A stretch of DNA of 63,757 nucleotides, the filler included, from Octopus bimaculoides (Eukaryota): assembly GCF_001194135.2 (NCBI RefSeq). It is 6 parts of 4 records of this genome, joined end to end, with 100 filler letters (N's around TTAATTAATTAA, not from the genome) between each part and the next. Parts side by side here need not be neighbours in the genome. Positions count along the whole stretch, not along the records: positions 1 to 18,418 come from NC_068986.1; positions 18,519 to 45,888 come from NC_068981.1; 4 more parts are not named here. The stretch is one strand, 5' to 3'. Below the pieces are notes generated by a model. The model was not told the origin of the DNA. It did no database searches and saw only the letters and a program-made list of their open reading frames with translations. Both the position numbers and the translations under genes were made by a program. Shown one piece after another: positions 11,909 to 25,593 of this stretch (position 1 is its first letter; every line of letters begins with the position of its first letter).

Positions 11909-13416
11909 AAAGTTGCATCGACACAATCCAGAGACTCTAATGGTGAATGGTAATTACACGGTTTTATTGCATTTCTCTCTACAGACTGATCAAACTACTG
12001 AAACAAGACAATATACTATAGAGGAGGATAGAAAAAAAACATAGAAAGATAATTTCGGCTAACATGGCGGAGATGTAAACGGAACCCTTCCCCGCTTGAA
12101 TTTTATTTTTTACGCAATCCCACGTCTTAGGCTATGGAGATTCCGATTCTGAAAAATTTTTTTCAAAAATCGCAACTTCAAAACTTCGATCCCCCCCACC
12201 CCCATTTCTTTATTTTTCNNNNNNNNNNNNNNNNNNNNNNNNNNNNNNNNNNNNNNNNNNNNNNNNNNNNNNNNNNNNNNNNNNNNNNNNNNNNNNNNNN
12301 NNNNNNNNNNNNNNNNNNNNNNNNNNNNNNNNNNNNNNNNNNNNNNNNNNNNNNNNNNNNNNNNNNNNNNNNNNNNNNNNNNNNNNNNNNNNNNNNNNNN
12401 NNNNNNNNNNNNNNNNNNNNNNNNNNNNNNNNNNNNNNNNNNNNNNNNNNNNNNNNNNNNNNNNNNNNNNNNNNNNNNNNNNNNNNNNNNNNNNNNNNNN
12501 NNNNNNNNNNNNNNNNNNNNNNNNNNNNNNNNNNNNNNNNNNNNNNNNNNNNNNNNNNNNNNNNNNNNNNNNNNNNNNNNNNNNNNNNNNNNNNNNNNNN
12601 NNNNNNNNNNNNNNNNNNNNNNNNNNNNNNNNNNNNNNNNNNNNNNNNNNNNNNNNNNNNNNNNNNNNNNNNNNNNNNNNNNNNNNNNNNNNNNNNNNNN
12701 NNNNNNNNNNNNNNNNNNNNNNNNNNNNNNNNNNNNNNNNNNNNNNNNNNNNNNNNNNNNNNNNNNNNNNNNNNNNNNNNNNNNNNNNNNNNNNNNNNNN
12801 NNNNNNNNNNNNNNNNNNNNNNNNNNNNNNNNNNNNNNNNNNNNNNNNNNNNNNNNNNNNNNNNNNNNNNNNNNNNNNNNNNNNNNNNNNNNNNNNNNNN
12901 NNNNNNNNNNNNNNNNNNNNNNNNNNNNNNNNNNNNNNNNNNNNNNNNNNNNNNNNNNNNNNNNNNNNNNNNNNNNNNNNNNNNNNNNNNNNNNNNNNNN
13001 NNNNNNNNNNNNNNNNNNNCATAATCGCCGTATTTTTGTACGTATTTCGCAAAAAAAAAAAAACATTTCCGGAAAAAGTGAAAAATGAAGAAATGGGGGA
13101 GGGGGGATTGAAATTTTGAAGATGCGATTTTTGAAAATTTTTTTCGGAATCGGAATCTCCATAGCCTAAGACGTGGGATTCTGTAAAAAAAAAATTAAAA
13201 GGGCGAAGGGTTCTGTTTACATCTACACCATGTGAGCCATAATTTCTTTGCAATACCATTTGATAGGAGAATGGATATTAAGAAAATTGAGAGATATTAT
13301 GACCTAACCAGGGAGACGAGGGGATTGTGGAACAGAAGTATGAAAAATGTTCTTGAGATAATTATTACACTCGGTACAACGCCTGAAAAGATTACTTGTA
13401 ATGTTAAAGTATATTG
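11909..13416 (+). mobile_element. R4/Dong-type LINE restriction-like endonuclease remnant, split by a TIR element
   Basis: HNPETLMVNGNYTVLLHFSLQTD...KDNF (to 12056) continues in frame as FAIPFDRRMDIKKIERYYDLTRETRGLW...LGTTP after 13246. Confidence 0.75.
12057..13238. mobile_element. Long-TIR DNA element with 8-bp TSD (Merlin- or MULE-like, probably non-autonomous)
   Basis: Inverted repeats of at least 160 bp starting GGCT(A/C)ACATGG; direct repeat ATAATTTC at 12049-12056 and 13239-13246; interior is N (12219-13019). Confidence 0.9.
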
Positions 13417-14983
13417 AAATTGAGAGACGCATTGTCAACATGCAGAAGAATGTCATACTGCGTTCTTGAAGAAACTTAGAAAAAGAATTATTGAAATTTG
13501 AGGAAAGTTGTTAATACTAATCTTCAGGGTATCATCTCTACTAATTATATTAGCATATAATAGCTATTGAAGAAGAATAGTTTTCGTGTTTTTGTAGTTG
13601 AATTAGTGTTTTTGACTGATGTCTGTCACACTACATGACTGAGGCTTTAAACAACTTCTTAGTACGAAATGCAAAGTCAACTTCATTACAAGTTAAACAC
13701 TTAGATAAGCAAATCTATATATTTTGATGCATTTTGTCCTATGCTCTACTGTTTATATCTCAATAATGACGGAGATAATAAATTGGGATGAGGGTGTGGT
13801 ATTATATTTGATTTGGATTGACTCAATTATTTCTACGTAGTCCATCTAATCTGGAGCGGTTTAAATCAATGACGACTCCAACGGACACTGTTATTATAAT
13901 TTGACCCCCGTTAATCGCTCATAGAACACCGATTAAATAAGTGATATTTTAGTCTCAGATGTAATAAATTGAAGACTATACTGTCCAATGTCTCTTCCTT
14001 TCATTACGCTAAAGAGAGTGATGTAAGGTGGAAGCCACTGTCTTTAGAAAGTCGTTAGAGAGACCCCAGAGAGCTTCTGCACGTCCAGAGCGGACACAAT
14101 AGAATAGTTGACAAGGAAATTCAATGGTTGTCTGATTGGCTGCTGAAAAACACCTTTAGCTCCCTAAAACCACGCTCATTACAATATTAAAAAAGGAAAG
14201 TATATTGCATAATGTTGTCCTAGATATGCTATGTCAACACAAAGGTGGGGTTGTTTTAGCTTGAAATCTTTTAAATCATGAGTCTGCTCAAACAAGACTG
14301 ACTTGAGGTTAAACAACAACAAAACACAGAAAATTCTATCCACAAATCTACACTTCGTGCCTAATGTTTTATGGTGAACATTGTTATATTTGGCAGTAAT
14401 AATTCCCATAAAGAAACATAGAATATTCCTATAAAGAATTCCAGAAAATTGATATCTGCTCCGATATTAGATTTAGAGTGTTCTAGACTAACACAAAACA
14501 GAAAAAGAACAACAAGTTTGACACCAGTAAATATTTAGCTGTATCGAAAAAACTTTCATTTTATCGAAGACAAACAACTAGAAACAAATTACAAAAAAAA
14601 AAAAACCAACAAAATAAACAAGTAAAAGGAACATGACCATATTATAAAGATCGGCTTGATTTGGAACTGGTAATATACCAAGGGAAAGTATTTGCTGTCT
14701 GAAGAAGTATTCAGAAACTGATAGAACGAGGCGACATCATCATTTTCATTTTCCAATAGTTAAAATTCTAGTGTGTAATTAGATGTAGTTATGGTTGTTG
14801 TTGTTGTTGTTGTTGAATGGCGATGGTGTTGTTGCGTGGTGGAGATGGAACTGCGTGAGTAAGTAGGTTGGCGCGAATGATGGGTGCAGATGGCTGGAGA
14901 TAATGTTGATAACGATGATTATGATGATGAATGAGGATGATAGGAAAGACAAGGATGATGATGATGACAACAACAACAACAAC

Positions 14984-15019
<36 letters not shown>

Positions 15020-15757
15020 CGTCATCATTGTCTCTTAAGCAACAACAACTATAAAAGTAACAGCAGCGGCAACAACAGTAGTACTTGAAGAAGAAAAAGA
15101 GGAAAAAAGCGAAATCCATCTCAGCATTGGGTGTGTAGGTTTTGTAGCAGGCAGACATATTTAGACACTGTCCACGCTTGGAAGAATCCCATTTGAATAC
15201 TTGTAAATAATTTCTAGCATTCTTCTATCATTCAGTAACTTTATTTTTTGTTAGGTATTTTTTAGCTCATTTTTGTTCTGTCGTCTTTGTTTATTTATTA
15301 TTGTTTCTTTTACAGTTTTATGCTTCAGGTTCGTATATACATATATATATATATTTTTTTGTTTTGTCGCCATCTCTGTTTTGTTAATATTGTTGTGGTT
15401 GTATATTTGTGTTGTTGTTCTTCCTATTTCACTTGATTTNNNNNNNNNNATATATATATATATACATACATATATATACATGTATATATATGCATATATA
15501 TATACATATACATACTTACGTACATATATATATATATGTATATATGTATATATATATGTTATATGTACATACAACATACATATCATATATACATGCACGT
15601 ACACATACATACACACAAACACACACACAGATATATATATATATACACACACACACATTAACTTTTATGGAGGGACTTATTTTGCAAATGCATTGCAACT
15701 GTCTATCTCACTTTTTACACCGAGACGATAATAATAATAATAATAATAACAACAATG

Positions 15758-15828
<71 letters not shown>

Positions 15829-16826
15829 GAATCTATAGTTAGTACATTATTTGAGAGGCAAGATGGATAGATGAATATATATCTGGATGGAAGAATGAAG
15901 CAATGTATATATGGCTCAGTAAATAAAAACAAATGTCGAAAAAATAGAAAGAAATTGAATGAAGGGTGAAAAAGTAAAAACAATAAAGCATCAAAACGTA
16001 GAACGAGAGAAGCCATATTTCTTTAGTGTTTTCTCAATGTTATTGTTGTTATTTTCTAAACACTTTTTACTTTTTGTTATTCCTTCCTGAATCTAATTTA
16101 TCACATCACATCTCAGAAGAACGAGTAAATCCATGAATTATATATGACATTTTTGAAGGCAAATAAATAAACGTTAAGATGAAAATATGTGACGTACGAA
16201 AGAATTCGTTGCTTTAAGTTATCCATTTCGGTTATAACAATGTTGTGATCCAAGTTAATTCAATATCAATGCAGGAAGATAACAAATACCAGTAATAAGT
16301 TAGACTTGTTCTCACTGACACACTTACTGGAAAGGAGGACACAGCATCCGTCTTAAAAGTTTAACGAAAAAAAAAACCAGACAATTTTCTTCTTTTGTTA
16401 CATCTCTTTACATTTTGAAATCAAATTCAGCCATGTTTAAATGTTTCTCGTCTTTTCGAAAGTTGATATTTTCTTCGTGAGAACTATGAGCGACCGAGTT
16501 AAATAGCTTTTAGTAGTTAAATTAATCCCGTTACTTTCTGATTTCAAATACTGCATGGCTCAATATTTTTCTTATTTATCTTTAAGTGCCTATGCCCTTT
16601 AGAGGGTCTCTAAGACTGATAGGAAGGAAGAAAGAAGTTATCCTCCACCAGAGGCCTGGCCGGAATGATTGCAGCTGAGTGAACTCGGCTAAAGTTACTC
16701 AATGTGCCAGTTGGTGGTGTAAAATGGAATAAGTTCACCACAAATTGGTGCATATACATACAAAAAGAGTGAGAAACTGAAATGTATATATGCATGTATG
16801 TTCGTGCGCGCGTAAGTATACTCACT

Positions 16827-16857
<31 letters not shown>

Positions 16858-18321
16858 ACACACACACGACCATGGCCTTGTATTTTAGCACATCTAAACG
16901 CTCGACAATTATACGATGTTACTTCTTATTATTTCCTCTGAGCCGCTCACGTATTACAAACATGAAATACTTTTTCATGCTTTTCTTGTGGCGCTGATTT
17001 ATTCTCACTCTTCATATAGAATGGCTTTGTGAATTTAAAAGGATGAGTATGTACTAGTGGCTAATGTAAACGTTAGCTGTAAGATCCTGTTATTGTATAT
17101 ATATAGTATATGTAATGCAAGTCATCTCATCTAAGCGCTGGAACAATCCATCGACCACCATAAGGTAACGAAAGAGTGGTTAGAATTTTCAGAATAAATT
17201 TTTTCGCTTTCGTATGTATTTAGAGCCCAAATGTATAAGGCACTGACATTTTAATGCAATAGCTGACTCAATGAAATACCAATTACTGGAGACTTGCTAC
17301 GATCGTTTGATTCCTTGTCTACTGAGCAATAAAGAAAAACACATCTGCAGCAGTTGACTCCCATATTCGAATGTACCTTTGGGATGATTTTCAGCTTCAT
17401 ATACATTATATAAAGGACGGATCTGTTTTTATTTATCAGAAAAATATTCATCAGAAGCTTTCATTTCTATACTACATTCTGCATGGTAACAGAGCCACTT
17501 ATATCTTATAACTATTTGCAGCAAAGTAAAGCTGAAAGAAAAACAGTTGACCAGGACACAATGCTTGTAATACAAAAAACCGTAGACTTTTCAGTGTCAA
17601 CGTCGAAATCCTATCGGCTCGAAGAGTTGCAAATCTAAAAGAAACATACTTAGAAATTGTCTTTAAAACGCCTTCAAAATATAGCAACATTTTGGTATTA
17701 AGTATAAAGAATATAAAGAAAATATAGTAGGGAACATGGTATGAGAAAATTTTCGTTAGATAAATTGTCACTATGTCAGTCATGATGAGCTTAATTGAAC
17801 GATATTAAAAGAAGTGACATCGGTTTCACTGTATTATGTAAAGCTTTCCACTTAATTCAGTACATTGACTTCGGCTTTCATCCTTTGTGGAGAAATGCAG
17901 GTCAACGGTATTGCTAAGAATGGGAATGTTTATACTTTACATCCACAGCAGTACAGCAGTACTATTGAAGTTGCATCAAGGTCATTTGTACTTCAGATAT
18001 TACATCATCTCCCCATGTATATGGGGTGATGATGTAATATGTATGAATATATATATGTATGTATATATGTATGTATGCATATAAGTATGTATGTATAGAT
18101 AGATAGATAGAGAGAGAGAGAGAGCGAGATATGCATTTACGTAAATATATGAATACGAATATGCGTGTATATACAAATATAAATGCATATGAGTATATAT
18201 ATATGTATGTGTATATATATACACACATATATATACACACATATATATATATATGTATGCATTTATATTTGTATATATACGCTTATCTGTATTCAAATAT
18301 TTATGCATATGTATATCTCTG

Positions 18322-18374
<53 letters not shown>

Positions 18375-18377
18375 TTA

Positions 18378-18418
<41 letters not shown>

Positions 18419-18518
18419 NNNNNNNNNNNNNNNNNNNNNNNNNNNNNNNNNNNNNNNNNNNNTTAATTAATTAANNNNNNNNNNNNNNNNNNNNNNNNNN
18501 NNNNNNNNNNNNNNNNNN
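18419..18518. other. Artificial scaffold linker N44-TTAATTAATTAA-N44
   Basis: Exactly 100 bp; the 12-mer is palindromic with TAA in all six frames; identical at four other sites. Confidence 0.97.
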
Positions 18519-19284
18519 TGTGTGTGTGTGTGTGTAAATCTATTTCCCTATATACTGACCCAGAACAAGAATGACAATGACGTCACTGGTGTGCTTCGAT
18601 ATAGTAGAAAATTAGTACTGCTTAGGGCCTGATAAATGAATGGATTTGAATAAATCGTAGCACTATTTATACATCTTACTACATTTAGTGACCATATATA
18701 GCTATAAGTTATATTACTCTCTGTGGTAGATCAAATACTGTTTTATCTCTGATAAAATAGCATTTGATAGGATTTGAAACTGTTCGGTTTTATTCCTTTT
18801 GTGCTTACGGGAAGACTATAAAAGACACTTGTTACATACAACACGATACAATGTCGGTTGCAAAAACTGGTTGATTTTGCACTATAATGGTGCATATTTA
18901 AATAATTATGTATATATGTACTCATGCCAGCTTTTGATCAATGTCATAAACAAAACGTTTTCAACATTACAAGACATGCAAAAATAATTGATAAATCACA
19001 AATCCTGATTATAATATATAGGCTTTCACGTTATCTTGTTCATAAACTGGTTTTGTATGTTTCAGGTTGTGAACTCTCTCAGCAGGTCAGAATGTTTGTC
19101 TTGCGTATATTAATTACATAATCATTTAATGCTGTAACTCTCTCTACATTGTAGATAGGGCTGCTACAATAAACAAAACTGTGAACTTTACAACTCTATG
19201 AAGGGTCCCTTGCTGTAAATTTCATTCTAAAGCCTTGCGTTTATTAATGATTTTCTTTTAACAACAACAACAACAACAATAACA

Positions 19285-19715
19285 ATAATGATAATAATCT
19301 TTTCAAAGCCTGAAATTTTGTTGGAAGGGCTTGTCAATCACATCGATCCCAGTACTTAATTTACCGACCCTGAACAATTAAAACCATAGTTGACTTGGGT
19401 GGAATTTGAACACAGAAGTTAAAGGCAGATAAAATGCCGCTAAACATTTAATCCGGCATACTAACGGTTGTGCCAGTTCGCTGCTTTAGCAATAATAATC
19501 TTTTCTACTATAGGCACAAGGCCTGAAATTTGGGAGAAAGAGACTAGCCGATTATATCAACCCCACTGAAACACTGGCACTTAATTTATCGACCCCGAAA
19601 GAATGAAAGCCAAAGTTGAACTGGGCGGAATTTGAACACAGAACAAAAAGGCGGATGAAATATCGCTAAACATTTAGTCCGGTGTGCTAACGATTGTGCT
19701 AATTCACTGCCTTAG
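19285..19715 (-). mobile_element. Two tandem SINE family B copies
   Basis: Units at about 19285-19490 and 19500-19715 both contain ggaatttgaacacagaa and atcgacccc/accgaccc...aaag motifs. Confidence 0.8.
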
Positions 19716-19734
19716 CAACAACAATAATAATGAT

Positions 19735-20281
19735 AACCAGGCAGTTGCTCTCATAGCTTTTGATATTAACTGATTGAAAGTGTTATCATGTACATTGTCT
19801 TGTCTTGGTATTAAACGATGGGTCACAGCAAATGTTCTGCTCAATACCACAAATTTACTTGTCAGTTGCTTGACCTTAACCAGTTGAACATATCCCTTAG
19901 TAGCTGACGATATGTGCATCTCTGACCACGAGCAGAAGTAGTGGGGGAGTATCATAGCCATATGTTGAGAAGAATTGTTTTGGGTTTCAATAATTCACCT
20001 CTGGAAACATGAGTATTTTGTTCATCATCTTTAAAACAACGCTTATTCAGGGACCTTTTGAGCACGATGGGCTACTTGACCTAAAGAAAATTCTAATTGG
20101 GTCCCAACTGCAAGGTCATGCGCTGTTTATCTTGATGTGAGATCACCATGTTGCGCAAGTTTGGTTGTGATGCATGTGCCTGGTGTACTCTTATCAGACA
20201 GGTAATTATGATGGGTATATTGGGCTTCGTATATTTGTACCCCAGTGTCACTTTGATGGCATGCACTGCTCTCTCACTCGA
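19735..20281 (+). repeat. About 540-bp dispersed repeat with trinucleotide tail (family unassigned, retroelement-like)
   Basis: Inverted homolog at 27575-28000; both end in ctgctctctcactc followed by (TAC)n/(AAT)n. Confidence 0.85.
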
Positions 20282-20309
20282 TACTACTACTACTACAACT
20301 ACTACTACA

Positions 20310-20456
<147 letters not shown>

Positions 20457-20699
20457 CTCATTTTCGATTGGGTATCAAATGAGGCAAGGCAAAACAAAGA
20501 AAAGTTACAATCTGTATGTTGGGGTACATAAAATTAGACGTCGGTAAACATTTTTATAATAGGCAACAGATACTACTGTATGCATATATTTGTCTGTTTA
20601 AAATATGGCAAAAGCTATATTCACACAGAAAAATCCCATTATATTTGATTAGTCTGAGTAACTGAGGAGAATACTTAGTTAACATGGTGTCTCGTATCT

Positions 20700-21400
20700 T
20701 TCGCAGACAAAATGATGAATGATGTATTTTAAAGACAGGCAAAAGTGACACTTTTAAAGAGCCATACCAGCTCGCAGGGATCGACTGATAAAGAAGACTC
20801 ACGAACGATGTTTTCCATACTCTATGAAACCTATCAGAGTGCAGTCGGCCAATGAAGTCTGGAATTGACACCGATTTCATTAGTTCGCCACCTGAGAAAG
20901 TACCACATCGGAGATTTGGCTCTTGTCGCATCGAACAGGTAGTTTGTGATGCCGCTCACTCTTATACAGTCCCCTTAGGGTAACCCAATCGACTCCTGCT
21001 GCGATGGAAACTGGCTACCTTCAAATCACATTTGACAATATAATTGAGATGGCACTAGGTGTCGTCCTGTTCATGCTGAACTTATGGGTCGTTCGAAAGA
21101 TTAAGGCCCTGCTGCATCCAGGTTCTTTAGGCTGTTTCGTATACCCAGATTGCATAGGTTCTGCTGTGTTGGGAACCTTGTTGTTACCAGCACAAAATGA
21201 GGCCATTGTTGTTAACAGGCATGCTGACAGCATTAATTTAACAAGGGACCGAACACAAAAGCTTCTATAACTGTAACATAACCATTTGGTGTCGTCAAAT
21301 AGAAAGTAATATATATTTGCACTACACCTGTTAAAACTTTCGGATCCGGTGAAGCAAAGCATGTGGTTGTAACACGAGGCACTGCAAAAGTAGTACAACA
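20700..21400 (+). mobile_element. Possible highly decayed PIF/Harbinger transposase
   Basis: Motifs in the expected order across stops and frameshifts: LKTG...GI, GIDTDFI..PP, IEQVVCDA, FN...PFGVVK; each match is weak alone. Confidence 0.4.
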
Positions 21401-22007
21401 GTTTCAGTATGGCGCTACAGTTCTTCGATAGGAAAAGAATTAGACGCTTGTGAAACAGAAGATGCAGTTTGCTCACGAATCTTTCGAGCTGATGGGGCTT
21501 GGATTTAATGTTCAATTGGACAACAGGCTGAAGGATCAGTGAACCAAGGATGAAGACCTTTTCTTTCGAGTTCTCTTGTACTAGATGGAATATCGATTAT
21601 ACGTTCCATTTGTGTCATAAATATTTACGATTAATCTCAAGTCTAGTTCTTGACAAACCAAGAACTGCTGTTGCAGATCTGTCAGCAGAACTGTCTATCA
21701 TATCAAACACTAAAAGATAGTGTGATACGGTGGTGTTGTTGACACAGAGCCTCACTAATTTCTTAGGTTTCTTATTTAATCACCTAGTAAATGGCAAAAT
21801 ATTATATTTTCGTACAGACCTATTGTCACGAATTCCTAAGATTTGGGTGAATCGGCTGGCACATGACTTATTTCGTTGACGCAAAATTGGAAAAGAAAAA
21901 CCCCGTAGTATTTGAACTCAGAATGTGAAGTTACCAAACTAACTTCTACTAGGCACTTAATACGCCAGCCTATTGTTTATTCAGCGGTGCTAGCTTTGTT
22001 TAATGAC

Positions 22008-22230
22008 GTTGTTGATGTTTAACCTCAAATCAACCCATCTGTAGCAGACCTAAGATCAAATTCGATCCAGCCATGACCATCCCGTAGTTTATTCAAACAC
22101 ACACACGCACACACACACACACACACACACAGACACACACACGCACACACATGAATATATTAGCCAATATACTGTTAAGAGATTTGGCCACTATTTCTAG
22201 CATGCCTACCATATCGAGCGATCGCATAGG
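22008..22230 (-). mobile_element. SINE-like family D copy
   Basis: Shares gaaatag..gccaaatctc and gggatggtcatggctgg...taggtctgc motifs with 50505-50660 and 51770-51990. Confidence 0.5.
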
Positions 22231-22930
22231 GACGTCCTGGTTGGTTTAGCAGGCCTCCTCGTCCTTCCTCCTTCCCTTTACGAGCTCTAAACCACGTCTG
22301 TAGATTTGAATATTTGGATTTCTTATCAACAAATTACGAAGTTTATAAAATGCTTTTTATAATGTTCAAATAAATTAGAAATATTTTAATTTATCTGAGA
22401 CTACAATGTTAATTCAACAAGGACCCCTTACATAGTCACATGAAATAACAGTCAAGTCTTTTGTTTTTTTTTTTGTGAATTCTCCCTATATGTACACACA
22501 CANNNNNNNNNNNNNNNNNNNNNNNNNNNNNNNNNNNNNNNNNNNNNNNNNNNNNNNNNNNNNNNNNNNNNNNNNNNNNNNNNNNNNNNNNNNNNNNNNN
22601 NNNNNNNNNNNNNNNNNNNNNNNNNNNNNNNNNNNNNNNNNNNNNNNNNNNNNNNNNNNNNNNNNNNNNNNNNNNNNNNNNNNNNNNNNNNNNNNNNNNN
22701 NNNNNNNNNNNNNNNNNNNNNNNNNNNNNNNNNNNNNNNNNNNNNNNNNNNNNNNNNNNNNNNNNNNNNNNNNNNNNNNNNNNNNNNNNNNNNNNNNNNN
22801 NNNNNNNNNNNNNNNNNNNNNNNNNNNNNNNNNNNNNNNNNNNNNNNNNNNNNNNNNNNNNNNNNNNNNNNNNNNNNNNNNNNNNNNNNNNNNNNNNNNN
22901 NNNNNNNNNNNNNNNNNNNNNNNNNNNNNN

Positions 22931-22965
22931 GAATTCCTCGTGCGTGAGGGCGGCCATGTCTCAAG

Positions 22966-23008
<43 letters not shown>

Positions 23009-23770
23009 GTGTGGCGGAGTGGGCTAGTTGCATGTAGACATACAACTAGCCCACTTCGGCCCCTCTCTGAGAAGACACCTCGCAAGGAAATGGGCAAGAC
23101 ACAGCAATCAATGCACACTAGCAAACTGTCCCATCCGTGACACAGACTTATGGCAACGGTAAATGTTGTGTATAGAATACAATGTTACAAATGCAACAAG
23201 TTCTATTTGATTAGCGCAACAAGACCGTTACACATTCACATCAAAGAACATCTGAACACGAGAACATCCCCTTTCAGAAAGCATCTAGACAGATGCCGGA
23301 ACACTGAGGCCAATGAAAGAAATTAGGATAATCTAAGAATTAAGGAAGCTATTCTCATAGACAGACTAGAGCCCAAAATCAACAACAAGCTGGAACTTGG
23401 TAGTCAATATATTTTCTAGCTACATCTGGATCCGTGTAGGTTCTTTTTGATAACATTTTCATGTGTTATTAAAAAACAATTTAAGGGGGAAAAAAGGGGA
23501 AAAACAGTAAACTGCGCGTATAATACATAACTTAGAAGCACTACGGATGTGCCAGCACACTCAAGCTTGAGACATGGCAGCCCTAAAACACTTCTCACGA
23601 GGAATTCTGGAAGGAGCTTCGTGAGACCAGTGCAGGAACACTTCCTGGGAAAAAAAAAATGAAAAAAAAAAAAAAGACCCCACCGTTGGAAAACTGATTG
23701 TAGCAGTGACACGATCAGTCCCTAGGGATATCTGAAGAAAGAATTTTCATATTCCGAAATATTATAACAG
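22931..23770 (+). mobile_element. Penelope-like element 2: GIY-YIG 3' fragment, inverted terminal segment and hammerhead
   Basis: 23150-23400 translates NVVYRIQCYKCNKFYL...RPLHIHIKEH...LRIKEAILIDRLEPKINNKLE; 22931-22967 is an inverted copy of 23564-23607. Confidence 0.85.
23727..23768 (+). ncRNA. Minimal type I hammerhead-ribozyme-like motif
   Basis: CTGAAGA (23732-23738), stem II GAAT/ATTC, GAAA (23756-23759), palindromic stem III ATAT, predicted AUU cleavage triplet, 3-bp stem I TAT/ATA. Confidence 0.6.
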
Positions 23771-23903
23771 ACTATGGATGATTATTATAGACCGTTGTTG
23801 TTATAATGTGTTGTTGTGCCATCAAAACACATTATTATTATTTTCTATTTTTTTACAAACACAATACACAATGTTTCAAGCGAACTACAATACAATGCAT
23901 ATA

Positions 23904-24063
23904 CGACGAGCTTCTTTCAGTTTTCCGTTCATCAAAACCACTCACAAGGCATTGGCTGTCCCGAGGCAACAGTAGAAGACATTTGTCCAAGGCGTCAAGC
24001 AGTGGGGCTGAACAGGGAACCTTGTGGGTGGCAAGGAATCTTCTTATCACACAGCCACGCCAG
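23904..24063 (-). mobile_element. SINE family A head
   Basis: Diverged match to 56395-56558. Confidence 0.75.
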
Positions 24064-25593
24064 TATATATATATATATATATATATATATGTTTAGTTAA
24101 ATCACTATATCACTGCATAGCAACTCATGCAAAATAATGCCAATCTTTATTTTGTTGTATCTCGGGAGGGTTATAATACCAATAATAAAGACACGCACTG
24201 ATGCGATTTTACTTCATTATTATTTGTCAGTTGGTTAGCTAGTTAAACAACGAAATAATTGATTTTGTGATAAATCATTCGAATAATCAATTGATCAACC
24301 AATCAAAACAATGGATAAGCAAGTGAGTTAAATAGCTAAAATATTGACGAATTATAGAGAAGTGTAATTGAAATAATGGGTGTGATTCTTATTAGCATAA
24401 TGACCTTCCCGAGATACAATAAATTCTGCTTCAATATATGAATTCACATCAAGAGCACTGGAAACCAAATACAAAAACGAAATATATCAAATATTACTTA
24501 ACTGCGGATGTCAGCCCATTACAGCTTTCTGACATGTTGGTGCTTGTTATCTTTCTTTCTTTCTTTCTTTCTTTCTTGCTTGCTTGCTTGCTTGCTTGCT
24601 ATACGTTTCCAAAGAAACAATCACCTGAACACTTCATTTTTTTTTTTTGAGAGAGNNNNNNNNNNNNNNNNNNNNNNNNNNNNNNNNNNNNNNNNNNNNN
24701 NNNNNNNNNNNNNNNNNNNNNNNNNNNNNNNNNNNNNNNNNNNNNNNNNNNNNNNNNNNNNNNNNNNNNNNNNNNNNNNNNNNNNNNNNNNNNNNNNNNN
24801 NNNNNNNNNNNNNNNNNNNNNNNNNNNNNNNNNNNNNNNNNNNNNNNNNNNNNNNNNNNNNNNNNNNNNNNNNNNNNNNNNNNNNNNNNNNNNNNNNNNN
24901 NNNNNNNNNNNNNNNNNNNNNNNNNNNNNNNNNNNNNNNNNNNNNNNNNNNNNNNNNNNNNNNNNNNNNNNNNNNNNNNNNNNNNNNNNNNNNNNNNNNN
25001 NNNNNNNNNNNNNNNNNNNNNNNNNNNNNNNNNNNNNNNNNNNNNNNNNNNNNNNNNNNNNNNNNNNNNNNNNNNNNNNNNNNNNNNNNNNNNNNNNNNN
25101 NNNNNNNNNNNNNNNNNNNNNNNNNNNNNNNNNNNNNNNNNNNNNNNNNNNNNNNNNNNNNNNNNNNNNNNNNNNNNNNNNNNNNNNNNNNNNNNNNNNN
25201 NNNNNNNNNNNNNNNNNNNNNNNNNNNNNNNNNNNNNNNNNNNNNNNNNNNNNNNNNNNNNNNNNNNNNNNNNNNNNNNNNNNNNNNNNNNNNNNNNNNN
25301 NNNNNNNNNNNNNNNNNNNNNNNNNNNNNNNNNNNNNNNNNNNNNNNNNNNNNNNNNNNNNNNNNNNNNNNNNNNNNNNNNNNNNNNNNNNNNNNNNNNN
25401 NNNNNNNNNNNNNNNNNNNNNNNNNNNNNNNNNNNNNNNNNNNNNNNNNNNNNNNNNNNNNNNNNNNNNNNNNNNNNNNNNNNNNNNNNNNNNNNNNNNN
25501 NNNNNNNNNNNNNNNNNNNNNNNNNNNNNNNNNNNNNNNNNNNNNNNNNNNNNNNNNNNNNNNNNNNNNNNNNNNNNNNNNNNNNNNNNNNNN

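Noticed and set aside
14698-14725. CTGAAGA...GAAA hammerhead-like spacing
   Set aside because: Stem II cannot form.
17270-17700. Coding-like composition on the plus strand
   Set aside because: Multiple stops and no motif I can assign; a BLASTX search is needed.
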